Positions 9,916 to 19,556 of a stretch of DNA of 64,000 nt are shown here, piece after piece. This DNA comes from Acholeplasmatales bacterium. Lineage in GTDB: Bacteria > Bacillota_I > Bacilli_A > ML615J-28 > CAG-313. Position numbers and translations under genes: made by a program. Within the stretch, counting starts at the first letter, position 1; each line of letters begins with the position of its first letter. The notes below the pieces were generated by a model. That model was not told the origin of the DNA and did no database searches. It saw nothing but the letters and a program-made list of their open reading frames with translations. The DNA lies in assembly GCA_003539625.1 (NCBI GenBank), contig DPOU01000027.1:53332-117331 (forward strand), written 5' to 3'.

Positions 9916-11100
9916 ATGGCAAAGGAAAAATTTGTACGTACAAAACCCCATGTAAACATTGGTACTATCGGACATGTTGACCATGGAAAAACAACTTTAA
10001 CATCTGCTATTACTACTGTATTAGCACAACAAGGTTTAGCTCAAAAGAAAGCTTATGATGAAATTGATGGTGCACCTGAAGAAAAAGCTCGTGGTATAAC
10101 GATCAATACTTGTCACGTTGAATATGAAACTGCAAAACGTCACTATGCACACGTTGACTGCCCAGGACATGCTGACTATGTTAAAAACATGATTACTGGT
10201 GCTGCTCAAATGGATGGTGCTATCCTAGTTATTGCAGCAACAGATGGACCTATGGCTCAAACTCGTGAACACATCTTATTAAGCCGTCAAGTAGGTGTTC
10301 CTAGATTAATCGTATTCTTAAATAAATGCGATATGGTTGATGATGAAGAATTACTTGAATTAGTAGAAATGGAAGTTCGTGATCTATTAAATGAATACGG
10401 ATATCCTGGAGATGATACTCCAATCATTCGTGGTTCTGCATTAAAGGCTCTTGAAGGTGATCCAGAAGCTCAAAAAGCAATCTTAAAATTAATGGATACA
10501 GTTGATGAATACATCCCTGATCCAGTTCGTGAAACTGATAAACCTTTCTTACTTCCAGTAGAAGACGTTTTCTCAATCACTGGTCGTGGTACAGTTGCTA
10601 CAGGACGTGTTGAACGTGGTACTGTAAAAGTTGGTGACACTGTTGAAATCGTTGGTATCAAAGATACTCGTTCTGCAGTTATCACAGGTGTTGAAATGTT
10701 CCGTAAATTACTTGACCAAGCTGAAGCTGGTGACAATATCGGTGTATTACTTCGTGGTATTGCACGTGAAGATGTCGTTCGTGGACAAGTTCTTGCAAAA
10801 CCTAAATCAGTTACACCTCACTCAGAATTCAAAGCTGAAGTTTACGTATTAACTAAGGAAGAAGGTGGACGTCATACAGCATTCTTCTCTAACTATCGTC
10901 CTCAATTCTACTTCCGTACTACTGACGTAACTGGTGTTATTGAATTACCAGAAGGTACTGAAATGGTTATGCCTGGTGACAACACTCAAATGACAGTTAA
11001 ACTAATTCACCCAATCGCTGTTGAAAAAGGTACTAAATTCTCTATCCGTGAAGGTGGTAGAACAGTTGGTGCTGGTTCAGTTTCTGAATTAGAAAACTAA
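9916..11100 (+). CDS. tuf: Elongation factor Tu
   Basis: [22 protein letters not shown]. 394 aa. Confidence 0.95.
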   Translation: MAKEKFVRTKPHVNIGTIGHVDHGKTTLTSAITTVLAQQGLAQKKAYDEIDGAPEEKARGITINTCHVEYETAKRHYAHVDCPGHADYVKNMITGAAQMDGAILVIAATDGPMAQTREHILLSRQVGVPRLIVFLNKCDMVDDEELLELVEMEVRDLLNEYGYPGDDTPIIRGSALKALEGDPEAQKAILKLMDTVDEYIPDPVRETDKPFLLPVEDVFSITGRGTVATGRVERGTVKVGDTVEIVGIKDTRSAVITGVEMFRKLLDQAEAGDNIGVLLRGIAREDVVRGQVLAKPKSVTPHSEFKAEVYVLTKEEGGRHTAFFSNYRPQFYFRTTDVTGVIELPEGTEMVMPGDNTQMTVKLIHPIAVEKGTKFSIREGGRTVGAGSVSELEN

Positions 11101-11135
11101 TTTAGTTGTTACTAAATAACATGTGAATTAAAATA

Positions 11136-11164
11136 GTCCTTGTTTTAAAACAAGGGCTTTTTTG
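11136..11164 (+). terminator. Rho-independent terminator after tuf
   Basis: Perfect palindrome ccttgttttaaaacaagg followed by gcttttttg. Confidence 0.8.
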
Positions 11165-11201
11165 CATTTATAATTCATTAAATATGGTATAATAAAAATG
11201 G

Positions 11202-11981
11202 GTGATAAAAATGTTTATAGATACACATGTACACTTAAATAGTAAAGAATTAGGAATGCATCTTGATGAAGTAATAAGTGATGCATTTGCTAACAATGTA
11301 AAAAAAATGATAGTAGTTGGATATGATTTGGAAACATCAAAAAAAGCCATTGAATTAGCTCATCAATTTGATTGGTGCTATGCGACAGTAGGATTTCATC
11401 CAACTGAAATAAAAAACTATTCTGATAAAGAATATCTAGAACTTGACAAAATGGCTTGTGATGACAGAGTTATTGCTATAGGCGAAATTGGATATGATTT
11501 TCATTGGGATACTACTACTAAAGAAGAACAGTATAACGCATTCATTCGTCAAATTGATATAGCTAAAAAACATAATTTACCAGTAATTATTCATAGTAGA
11601 GATGCGCATCAAATAACATTTGATACATTGAAAAATCAGCACATTGAACAAATTGGTGGAATACTTCATTCTTACAGTGGAAGTGTTGAAATGGCTAAAG
11701 AATATATTAAATTAAATATGAACTTTGGTATATCTGGACCTGTTACATATAAAAATGGAAAAAACATGAAGGATGTAGTAGAAAACACTGATATCAAATA
11801 TTTAGTCTCAGAAACCGATTCTCCTTATTTAACTCCTCATCCATATCGTGGTAAAGAAAATGGTCCAAAATATATACCATTAATAGTAGAAGAAATGGCA
11901 AAAATAAAAAATATATCTATAAATGAAATGGCAGATGCTATTGAAAAAAATGTTAACAGAATATTTAGGAGGGATTTGTAA
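11202..11981 (+). CDS. tatD: TatD family metal-dependent deoxyribonuclease/hydrolase
   Basis: MFIDTHVHL.. together with GFHP and IGEIGYD motifs. The likely start is the ATG at 11211. Confidence 0.8.
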   Translation: MIKMFIDTHVHLNSKELGMHLDEVISDAFANNVKKMIVVGYDLETSKKAIELAHQFDWCYATVGFHPTEIKNYSDKEYLELDKMACDDRVIAIGEIGYDFHWDTTTKEEQYNAFIRQIDIAKKHNLPVIIHSRDAHQITFDTLKNQHIEQIGGILHSYSGSVEMAKEYIKLNMNFGISGPVTYKNGKNMKDVVENTDIKYLVSETDSPYLTPHPYRGKENGPKYIPLIVEEMAKIKNISINEMADAIEKNVNRIFRRDL

Positions 11982-12793
11982 TGAAAAAAATATCCAGTAT
12001 ATTAGTATCTTTACTTTTATTAATTACTTTGGCGGGTTGTACTCTTGATAGAAATGTAGTTAACAATATCGAAAATAATCATGTTGAATGGGAAAATAAT
12101 ATAACAGTAAATAATATTGAAGATGCTTTAACCACCGCTGTTGCAATAGCAAAAGAATCAACAATTGGTGTAAAGATAACATCAAAAAGTTTATTAACTA
12201 CTACAATTGAAACAGGTAGTGCTGTAATTATAAAAAGATATGAAACTAGTCAAAAGTATTATTACACATATTATGCAATAACTAACAGACATGTAGTAAA
12301 TGCTACTAATGTTGATAGTACAGAAGTATATTTAGGTGAAAAAATTGGTTATTTTGATGCTACCATTGTATATTACGATGTCGACTGTGATATTGCTTTG
12401 ATTTCTTTTACAGCACCAATAATTTTAAACACAGCAACTTTAAATCAACATGATATTAAAGAAGGTGCATATGCAATAGCAATTGGTTCACCATATGATT
12501 TAGAATTATACTATAATACAGTAACTGTTGGTTCAATTAGTGGAATAAATCGTAAAAGAAAAGAAGAAAATGCTAGAGGTAATATAGTTACAAATGAATA
12601 TTTACAACACTGTGCAACTATTAATGAAGGAAATAGTGGTGGCGGATTGTTTAATATATATGGTGAGTTAATCGGTATCAACTGTTGGAAATTAGTTGGT
12701 AAAAATAATGATCACATTGAAAATATGTCATTTGCAATACCTATTGATATCGCTTATAAAAAAATAGAAAATCATTTACCTGATAAAAAATAG
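11981..12793 (+). CDS. Lipoprotein trypsin-like (S1 family) serine protease
   Basis: Lipobox LAGC at residues 17-20. Catalytic-triad context TNRHVV, DCDIALI and GNSGGGLFN. Confidence 0.6.
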   Translation: MKKISSILVSLLLLITLAGCTLDRNVVNNIENNHVEWENNITVNNIEDALTTAVAIAKESTIGVKITSKSLLTTTIETGSAVIIKRYETSQKYYYTYYAITNRHVVNATNVDSTEVYLGEKIGYFDATIVYYDVDCDIALISFTAPIILNTATLNQHDIKEGAYAIAIGSPYDLELYYNTVTVGSISGINRKRKEENARGNIVTNEYLQHCATINEGNSGGGLFNIYGELIGINCWKLVGKNNDHIENMSFAIPIDIAYKKIENHLPDKK

Positions 12794-12799
12794 CAACAT

Positions 12800-14773
12800 T
12801 TACGTGTTGCTATTTTCTTCTTTTAGTAAAGAAATATACCATGGTAGGTTTTTCTTTCTAAAATATAATTTTTTAGTGTATTCGCCGAAACCTGCGTAGA
12901 AGCCACTAAAAGGGCTAAGTTCAATTTCAATAACATCATCAGGAGTCTTATACCAAGTCGGATTAGTGCCAGTTACACGATAGTATGCTTCGACACTATC
13001 GGCCCAAATAAATTTCCCAAATTTTGTGTCCTCAGATAATTCAACATTTCTAGCATCATCGTAGCCACTCCATACCGCAACAACTATATCAGGATTATAA
13101 CCTACCATCCAATTGTCGGTATCAGTGGAACCACTTTTAGCACTGTATGTGGTTGAAAGCAAACTTCTTATTGGTACTCCAGTTGGTCTAATATTATAGG
13201 TTAGATTATTATCAAATATTGAAGTCATTGCTTCATTTAATAAATACACATCTGATTGATTAGCAATTTTAGTTTCCTTTGGCTTTTCTTCATAAATTAT
13301 TTCATCATCCATTGTGGTTATTTTCGTTATAATTGAAGGGCTAATTGCTAAACCTTCATTTGCAAGTATTGCGTAGGCTTTTGTTAATTCTAAGACTGAA
13401 ACTTCATAGGTACCTAAAGCAAGTGAAGGAATGGCGGGAATGTTGCCATGAATACCAAATCTTTTTAATGTATTAACAAGTTTGTCAGGGCCTAAAAACA
13501 AATGGGTTTTCATAGCATAAATATTATCACTAGTTGCAAGAGCGTATACCATTGAAATATCTTTGTCCGCATAGATACTGTGAAAGTTGGTAGGAGCATA
13601 CGCTTCATTATTTACATAAAAGGTGGTTGGTTCGCTTTTAAAAGAAGTTGCCACCGTAAATCCATTTTCTAATGCGGTTAAATAAAGAAAAGGTTTAATT
13701 GAAGAACCAGGTTGTCTTAAACTTTTAGTAGCACGATTATATGTACTATTTTCATAGCTTCTTCCACCTACTATAGCTAATACTTTTCCTGTGGAAGGTT
13801 CCATTGCGACAATTGCTGTTTCAATATCGGTATCTGGTGCTCGTTTATTGATACTACTTACAATCTCTGAATATAATTTGGTGTTAAGTGTGGTATATAC
13901 TTTTATACCTCCCATTTTGTAGTTTTCTATTTCAGGTATGTTCTTTAAACTATCAAGTACAAGATCTTGAAAATAAGGAGCATTAATATCATCATCATTA
14001 GGATTATTGCCAATACATTTAATTGTTTCTTTTGTTGCTTGATCATATTCAATTTGAGAAATTGTTTGATCATTTAATAATTCGTTAAGAATTAATTCAC
14101 GTCTATTCTTATTGTTATCGGGATTTTTGATTGGTGAATATATGGTTGGACCTTTAGGAATACTTGCGATGGTAGCTGCTTCCGCAAGCGTTAATTCACT
14201 TGCATGTTTACCAAAATAATAAATACTAGCATCTTCAACACCATATATACCATGGTCAAAATAAATAGAATTAAGATATCCTTCTAATATTTGATCTTTA
14301 GAATAATTTTTTTCAAGATGCAAAGAAATTAACATTTCATTAATTTTTCTTTTCCAAGTTTTTTCATTTGATAAATATATATTTCTAACATATTGTTGAG
14401 TAATTGTTGAAGCACCTTCAGCTATTTTTTTACTTTTGAAATTTTTCAAAAGAGCTCCACCAATTCTAATTGTATCTACGCCATGGTGATTGTAAAAACG
14501 CTTATCTTCAATTGCGATAAAAGCATTTACTAAATTATTGGAAATTTTATCAAGATTTACGTATGATTGTTTTTTGCCATTACTGTAACTAAGATATTTT
14601 ACTTCATTATCATCATATAGTTCAACATTTAATATTTCTGGCATTTGATAATTGATACGTGATATTAGTATACACATAGCAACAGTAATAGTAGATAAAA
14701 ATAATAGGATACTAATTAAGAAACATTTTATAAAACGTTTATTTTTAATTTTCTTTTTCATTTTTTTCACCAT
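12800..14773 (-). CDS. Class A penicillin-binding protein (bifunctional GT51 transglycosylase / transpeptidase)
   Basis: N-terminal TM segment. GT51 motifs EDKRFYNHHGVD and GASTITQQ. Transpeptidase motifs SSIKPF (SxxK), SDN and KSGST. Confidence 0.85.
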   Translation of the reverse strand: MVKKMKKKIKNKRFIKCFLISILLFLSTITVAMCILISRINYQMPEILNVELYDDNEVKYLSYSNGKKQSYVNLDKISNNLVNAFIAIEDKRFYNHHGVDTIRIGGALLKNFKSKKIAEGASTITQQYVRNIYLSNEKTWKRKINEMLISLHLEKNYSKDQILEGYLNSIYFDHGIYGVEDASIYYFGKHASELTLAEAATIASIPKGPTIYSPIKNPDNNKNRRELILNELLNDQTISQIEYDQATKETIKCIGNNPNDDDINAPYFQDLVLDSLKNIPEIENYKMGGIKVYTTLNTKLYSEIVSSINKRAPDTDIETAIVAMEPSTGKVLAIVGGRSYENSTYNRATKSLRQPGSSIKPFLYLTALENGFTVATSFKSEPTTFYVNNEAYAPTNFHSIYADKDISMVYALATSDNIYAMKTHLFLGPDKLVNTLKRFGIHGNIPAIPSLALGTYEVSVLELTKAYAILANEGLAISPSIITKITTMDDEIIYEEKPKETKIANQSDVYLLNEAMTSIFDNNLTYNIRPTGVPIRSLLSTTYSAKSGSTDTDNWMVGYNPDIVVAVWSGYDDARNVELSEDTKFGKFIWADSVEAYYRVTGTNPTWYKTPDDVIEIELSPFSGFYAGFGEYTKKLYFRKKNLPWYISLLKEENSNT

Positions 14774-14927
14774 TCATATTTTGATAAAAATTAACAAGAA
14801 TATACAAAGGAATTTTTGTCAATAAATATATTATGAAAGGTAAAAAATAAAAATAACATTAGGATTTACAAAATCAAATCTTTGTGTTATAATAAAAAAA
14901 CAAGTAAAGTATAAAAAGGTGATATAA

Positions 14928-15734
14928 ATGAAGATAAGATGTAAGAATTGTTATCGCGTCTTAAATCCTAATGAAGAATATTGCACTGCTTGTGGAGAAC
15001 ATAGTGTCGCAATGCAAAAAGCTATGATAACGGGTGATTATGGACCTGATACTGTAGGTAAATTAAAAATATCGCTTACAATATATGCTATAGCTGGATT
15101 TTTAGTTTGTGGAATTCTTCAAGTAATTTTTGCGTTATTACAGAATAAAGAGATTAGTACATATACAGATGCATTCTGTGAGGCTAATAGTATATTTTTT
15201 AGTGGCCTATTAACATTTATTTTGACATTAGTATTTTCAATGAAAGATATGAAAAAAACACCACTTGATAGACCATTGTCAAATTATATTATAGCCTTGT
15301 TTATTGGAATAATTACAATAGCAATAATTATTTTATTATCAAAAATATTAACATTTACCCAAGTATTTCCAAGTTATATAGTAAAATATTTAAGTAGTGG
15401 GAGTGCTAAATTTTTTGATGTAAAAAATGAATGTATATTTAAAATTGTTACAGGATTTATTTTTGTTGCAATTTCAATTGAGGTATTATGTCGAAAAAGA
15501 TTAGTAGATGCGTTAGACGAAACATTGTTAGGTGAAAAAACAATATTTATCATAACAATTCTTGTAACAACAGCTTTGGAAACTTTATGGATAATGTCAC
15601 TAGATGTTGTTATTCCACTATTAATTCTTAACATAGTGTTAACTGGTATATATATGTATACTAATAGAAATATCTTTATAAATATTGTCTTAAGAGTTTT
15701 ATTAATAATTATAGCAATTATTATAACATTATAA
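14928..15734 (+). CDS. N-terminal zinc-ribbon multi-pass membrane protein, possibly a degenerate CPBP/Abi-like protein
   Basis: CKNCYRVLNPNEEYCTACGE zinc ribbon followed by about 7 hydrophobic segments. EVLCRKR resembles the CPBP EExxxR motif, but the histidine motifs are absent. Confidence 0.4.
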   Translation: MKIRCKNCYRVLNPNEEYCTACGEHSVAMQKAMITGDYGPDTVGKLKISLTIYAIAGFLVCGILQVIFALLQNKEISTYTDAFCEANSIFFSGLLTFILTLVFSMKDMKKTPLDRPLSNYIIALFIGIITIAIIILLSKILTFTQVFPSYIVKYLSSGSAKFFDVKNECIFKIVTGFIFVAISIEVLCRKRLVDALDETLLGEKTIFIITILVTTALETLWIMSLDVVIPLLILNIVLTGIYMYTNRNIFINIVLRVLLIIIAIIITL

Positions 15735-15759
15735 AATAAAAAAATAATAGAGGTGTGAA

Positions 15760-16857
15760 ATGGGATTAACCGCAGGAATAGTTGGACTTCCTAATGTAGG
15801 AAAGTCTACGTTATTTAATGCAATAACAAAAGCTGGTGCTTTTGCCGCAAACTTTCCGTTTGCCACAATCGAACCAAATGTTGGAGTTGTTGAAGTAAAA
15901 GATGAAAGATTGGACAAAATAGTTGAAATTGTTAAACCAAGAAGTATCGTTCCAACATCATTTTCATTTACTGATATTGCAGGACTTGTAAAAGGCGCAA
16001 GCAAAGGTGAAGGATTAGGAAACCAATTTCTTTCGCATATTCGTGATGTTGACGCAATATGTGAGGTAGTTCGTTGTTTTGATGATCCAAATATTATCCA
16101 TGTAGATGGAAAGGTAGATCCAATTAGTGATATTGAAGTCATTAATATGGAACTTGTATTAGCTGATTTAGAAGTGGTTGAAAAAAGATTGCCGAAGATT
16201 GAAAAAAAGGCCCAACTAAAAGTAGACCAAGAATCAGTGTATGAATACGATATATTAAAAAAACTACATGAAGCATTCTTGCAAGGTGTTCCCGCAAGAT
16301 TAGTTAACTTAACAACTGAAGAAAAGAACTTTATCAAAAATTATCAATTCTTAACAATGAAACCAATGCTTTATGTTACAAACGTAGGCGAAGATGACAT
16401 TGCAACAGGTAATGATTATGTTAAAAAAGTTGAAGAATATGCTAAAAAAGAAAATGCTAAAGTAGTTATGATTAGTGCTAAAATTGAAGAAGAACTTAGC
16501 GCATTAGATGCTGAAGATCGCAAAATGTTTTTAGACGACTTAGGCGTAAAAGAAAGCGGCTTAGATCGATTAGTAAAAGAAGCATATTCTTTATTAGGGC
16601 TTTGTACTTTCTTTACTGCTGGTGAAAAAGAATGTCGTGCATGGACATTTAAAAAAGGAATGTTAGCTCCTCAATGTGCAGGAGTAATACATAGTGATTT
16701 CGAAAGAGGTTTTATTAGAGCTGAAACCTATTCATATGATGATCTGATAGAATATGGTACACCTCTTAAAGTAAAAGAAGCTGGCAAAGTACGACTAGAA
16801 GGAAAAGACTATGTCGTAAAAGACGGCGATATTATGTTATTTAGATTTAACGTTTAA
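15760..16857 (+). CDS. ychF: Ribosome-binding ATPase YchF (Obg-family GTPase)
   Basis: MGLTAGIVGLPNVGKSTLFNAIT plus the TGS C-terminal domain. 365 aa. Confidence 0.9.
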   Translation: MGLTAGIVGLPNVGKSTLFNAITKAGAFAANFPFATIEPNVGVVEVKDERLDKIVEIVKPRSIVPTSFSFTDIAGLVKGASKGEGLGNQFLSHIRDVDAICEVVRCFDDPNIIHVDGKVDPISDIEVINMELVLADLEVVEKRLPKIEKKAQLKVDQESVYEYDILKKLHEAFLQGVPARLVNLTTEEKNFIKNYQFLTMKPMLYVTNVGEDDIATGNDYVKKVEEYAKKENAKVVMISAKIEEELSALDAEDRKMFLDDLGVKESGLDRLVKEAYSLLGLCTFFTAGEKECRAWTFKKGMLAPQCAGVIHSDFERGFIRAETYSYDDLIEYGTPLKVKEAGKVRLEGKDYVVKDGDIMLFRFNV

Positions 16858-16886
16858 AATATACGACCTATTAGAGGAGGGGAGTT

Positions 16887-18575
16887 ATGGAGAATCAAGA
16901 TAAATATTTAGATACACTAAAAAAACGCAACTACGAAATGTATAAATATTTTATGCGTGGCTTAGAACTTATTTCAGCACTAAAAAGTAAAATGTATGAA
17001 GCATATATAGTTGGTGGAGCTGTACGTGATTATCTCCTAAATATTGACTTTAAAGATATAGATATTGCGACAAATGCAACTCCTGAAGAAGTTTTAGATA
17101 TTTTTAAGGATTTAGATATAGATGACCGATATGCTAGTTTAGGAAGTGTTGTAATCAGAGAAAATGGTTTTTATTATGAAATAACGACCTTTAGAAATGA
17201 AGAATATGTAAAATATAAAATAAAGGATGTCCACTATTCGAAAAAACTAGTTGAAGATATTATTAGAAGAGATTACACAATAAATGCTTTAGCACTTACT
17301 CCTAATCTTACTATCATTGATTTGGTAGAAGGTCAAAAAGATTTAGAAAAAGGAATCGTAAGAGTAATCGGTAGTGGTAAGAGAAGATTTCAAGACGATC
17401 CTTCTAGAATCTTAAGAGGATTAAGATTGGTTAGTAAATATAATTTTTCAGTTGAAACTAATACTGAAAAAGCGATGAGAAAATGCCGAAATTGTTTAAA
17501 AGAAATTTCAGAAACAAAACTTACCTCTGAACTTGAAAATATTATTAATGAAAAATACGGATTAAAGGCATTAAAGATAATTGATGATAATAATCTTTTT
17601 AGATCAATGCCAAAATATGCATACTGGATTAGTTTGATAATCAAGTATTACAAGAAATTATCTTTCATAGAAAAGTATACATTGTTATATTTAATAACTG
17701 GTGAATTACCAAAAAATATCGAGGCAAATAGAGCCAATGCTCAAGAAGTCAAAAAATTGTACGATGTTGCTCAAAATTTATTCGTCAACAAAGTTGATTC
17801 AATGATGATTTTTAATGAAGGCCAAGATATGCTATTAGCAGCTGATCGCGTCTGTAAAGCATATAATTCAAGATATCATAGGCAAAAAGGTAGAATTAAA
17901 AAACTTAATCGAAAGATGAAAATCAGAAGTATTTCTGACTTAAAGTTTACCGCAAGAGAATTAACATTAATGATGCGAGAAGATCAACTTCCAATGACTA
18001 ATCAAATAATGAATGAATTAATCTATAATGTTGTTGAAGGCAAACTTGTAAATCGTAATGATGTATTAGTAGAAACTGTAAGAAGAATGCTTGAACAAAA
18101 TAACTATACATTAACTCCAAAAGAAAATATTGTAAAAGAAAAGACAAACTTCTTACATCCTAAAAAAGATGATAGATACTTTGACGATCAACATGAAGAA
18201 ACCAAGTTATATGAAAAAATTTATGATGACTATGTTCCAACAGATAATTCAAATTATGATAGTTTTGATGATATACCTGTTGATATGGCTTATTATGAAC
18301 AAATGGCAAATAGTATAGATGGTAGTGAACAATCAAATAGTTATACCGCTCAAAAGCCAAATGTGACTGATGCAAGAATTAATGCATTAAAAAACGAATA
18401 CGATGAAGACTTTTTAAATATCTATAAGATATACATTAAAGGAATCAAAGGATACTACGATATGACTCCTGGTGAACAAAAAATTAAAATAGAGGAAGCA
18501 AAAATGCAAGCAAAGGATTTCTTGATTAGAAATAATCCAAAATATCGTATATTATTAGAAAGGGGTATTATATAA
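16887..18575 (+). CDS. cca: CCA tRNA nucleotidyltransferase / poly(A) polymerase family protein with a ~165-aa acidic C-terminal extension
   Basis: YIVGGAVRDYLL..DIDIAT head-domain motif. At 562 aa it is about 160 aa longer than B. subtilis Cca. Confidence 0.7.
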   Translation: MENQDKYLDTLKKRNYEMYKYFMRGLELISALKSKMYEAYIVGGAVRDYLLNIDFKDIDIATNATPEEVLDIFKDLDIDDRYASLGSVVIRENGFYYEITTFRNEEYVKYKIKDVHYSKKLVEDIIRRDYTINALALTPNLTIIDLVEGQKDLEKGIVRVIGSGKRRFQDDPSRILRGLRLVSKYNFSVETNTEKAMRKCRNCLKEISETKLTSELENIINEKYGLKALKIIDDNNLFRSMPKYAYWISLIIKYYKKLSFIEKYTLLYLITGELPKNIEANRANAQEVKKLYDVAQNLFVNKVDSMMIFNEGQDMLLAADRVCKAYNSRYHRQKGRIKKLNRKMKIRSISDLKFTARELTLMMREDQLPMTNQIMNELIYNVVEGKLVNRNDVLVETVRRMLEQNNYTLTPKENIVKEKTNFLHPKKDDRYFDDQHEETKLYEKIYDDYVPTDNSNYDSFDDIPVDMAYYEQMANSIDGSEQSNSYTAQKPNVTDARINALKNEYDEDFLNIYKIYIKGIKGYYDMTPGEQKIKIEEAKMQAKDFLIRNNPKYRILLERGII

Positions 18576-19513
18576 TGAATAAATTTGCAACAATGAAAAT
18601 AGGCGACGATGTTGATTTCTATGCCTTAGTAGAATCAAGTCAAAAAAGATATACTCCAAATAAAAGTGCTTATTATGGTATAACATTATCTGATGGCGAT
18701 ACAAGTATTGATGCTAGAGTTTGGGATGTTAATTTAATTGAAAAAAATGGTGTCGTTCCAGGTACTGTATTTCACTTTAAAGCTCATATTAATGAATATG
18801 CAGGAAAAGCTCAATACGTAATTAATGGCTTAGAAGTACCAAATGAAAATGAAGTTAATATAAAAGATTTTTATCGCAGTGCTCCAATAACTGAAGAAGA
18901 TTTACGAACAGGCATTAAAAACTATATCCGTAAAATTAACAATGAAGTACTAAAGAATTTAGTAGTTGGTTTAATTGCTAAAGTCCCTGATGATTATTTT
19001 GTTTTCCCCGCCGCAATGTCAATGCATCATAATTATTTTAATGGTTTAGCATATCATACTTATTCAATGTTAAGAATGGCTGATAAATATTTAGAAATTT
19101 ATGATGGTATGAATAGTGATTTATTGTACGCAGGAATACTATTACATGATATTGGAAAGACCAAAGAATTAACTGGTCCTAAAGCTCCTTTATATACTGA
19201 AGATGGAAATTTGTTAGGGCATATTGTTATAGGACTACAAATGGTAGCAGTTGAAGCTGCAAATCAAAACGTTGAAAATACTGAAGAATACAAGGCTCTT
19301 AGCCATCTAATTGCATCTCATCATGGTGAATTGGAATATGGCTCTCCGAAAGAACCCGGTATAATGGAAGCTTTTGCACTTCACTTTATCGACTTAGCCG
19401 ATGCTAAACTAGCACCGATTAGTGCTGAAGTACTTAAGACTCAAAAGGGTAATTCAACAGCCCCAATTGCAAGTTTAAACCGAAAATCAGTTTACGTTCC
19501 AAACATAAAATAG
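18575..19513 (+). CDS. yhaM: 3'-5' exoribonuclease YhaM-like (OB-fold plus HD domain)
   Basis: N-terminal OB fold and an HD motif (LLHDIGK, HHGE). 312 aa. The start overlaps the cca stop (ATGA). Confidence 0.7.
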   Translation: MNKFATMKIGDDVDFYALVESSQKRYTPNKSAYYGITLSDGDTSIDARVWDVNLIEKNGVVPGTVFHFKAHINEYAGKAQYVINGLEVPNENEVNIKDFYRSAPITEEDLRTGIKNYIRKINNEVLKNLVVGLIAKVPDDYFVFPAAMSMHHNYFNGLAYHTYSMLRMADKYLEIYDGMNSDLLYAGILLHDIGKTKELTGPKAPLYTEDGNLLGHIVIGLQMVAVEAANQNVENTEEYKALSHLIASHHGELEYGSPKEPGIMEAFALHFIDLADAKLAPISAEVLKTQKGNSTAPIASLNRKSVYVPNIK

Positions 19514-19516
19514 CAA

Positions 19517-19556
19517 AGAAAAAAGCGATTTTTAGATCGCTTTTATTTTTTTATTT
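19517..19556. terminator. Bidirectional rho-independent terminator between convergent genes
   Basis: aaaagcgat / atcgctttt stem flanked by A-run and T-run. Confidence 0.75.

Noticed and set aside
10470-10852. Two overlapping ORFs (88 aa minus, 73 aa plus) inside tuf
   Set aside because: These are shadow ORFs within the EF-Tu gene. EF-Tu is unambiguous in its own frame.
15729-16337. 202-aa minus-strand ORF
   Set aside because: It lies entirely inside the highly conserved ychF coding region. It is Ser/Thr-rich low-complexity with no signals.
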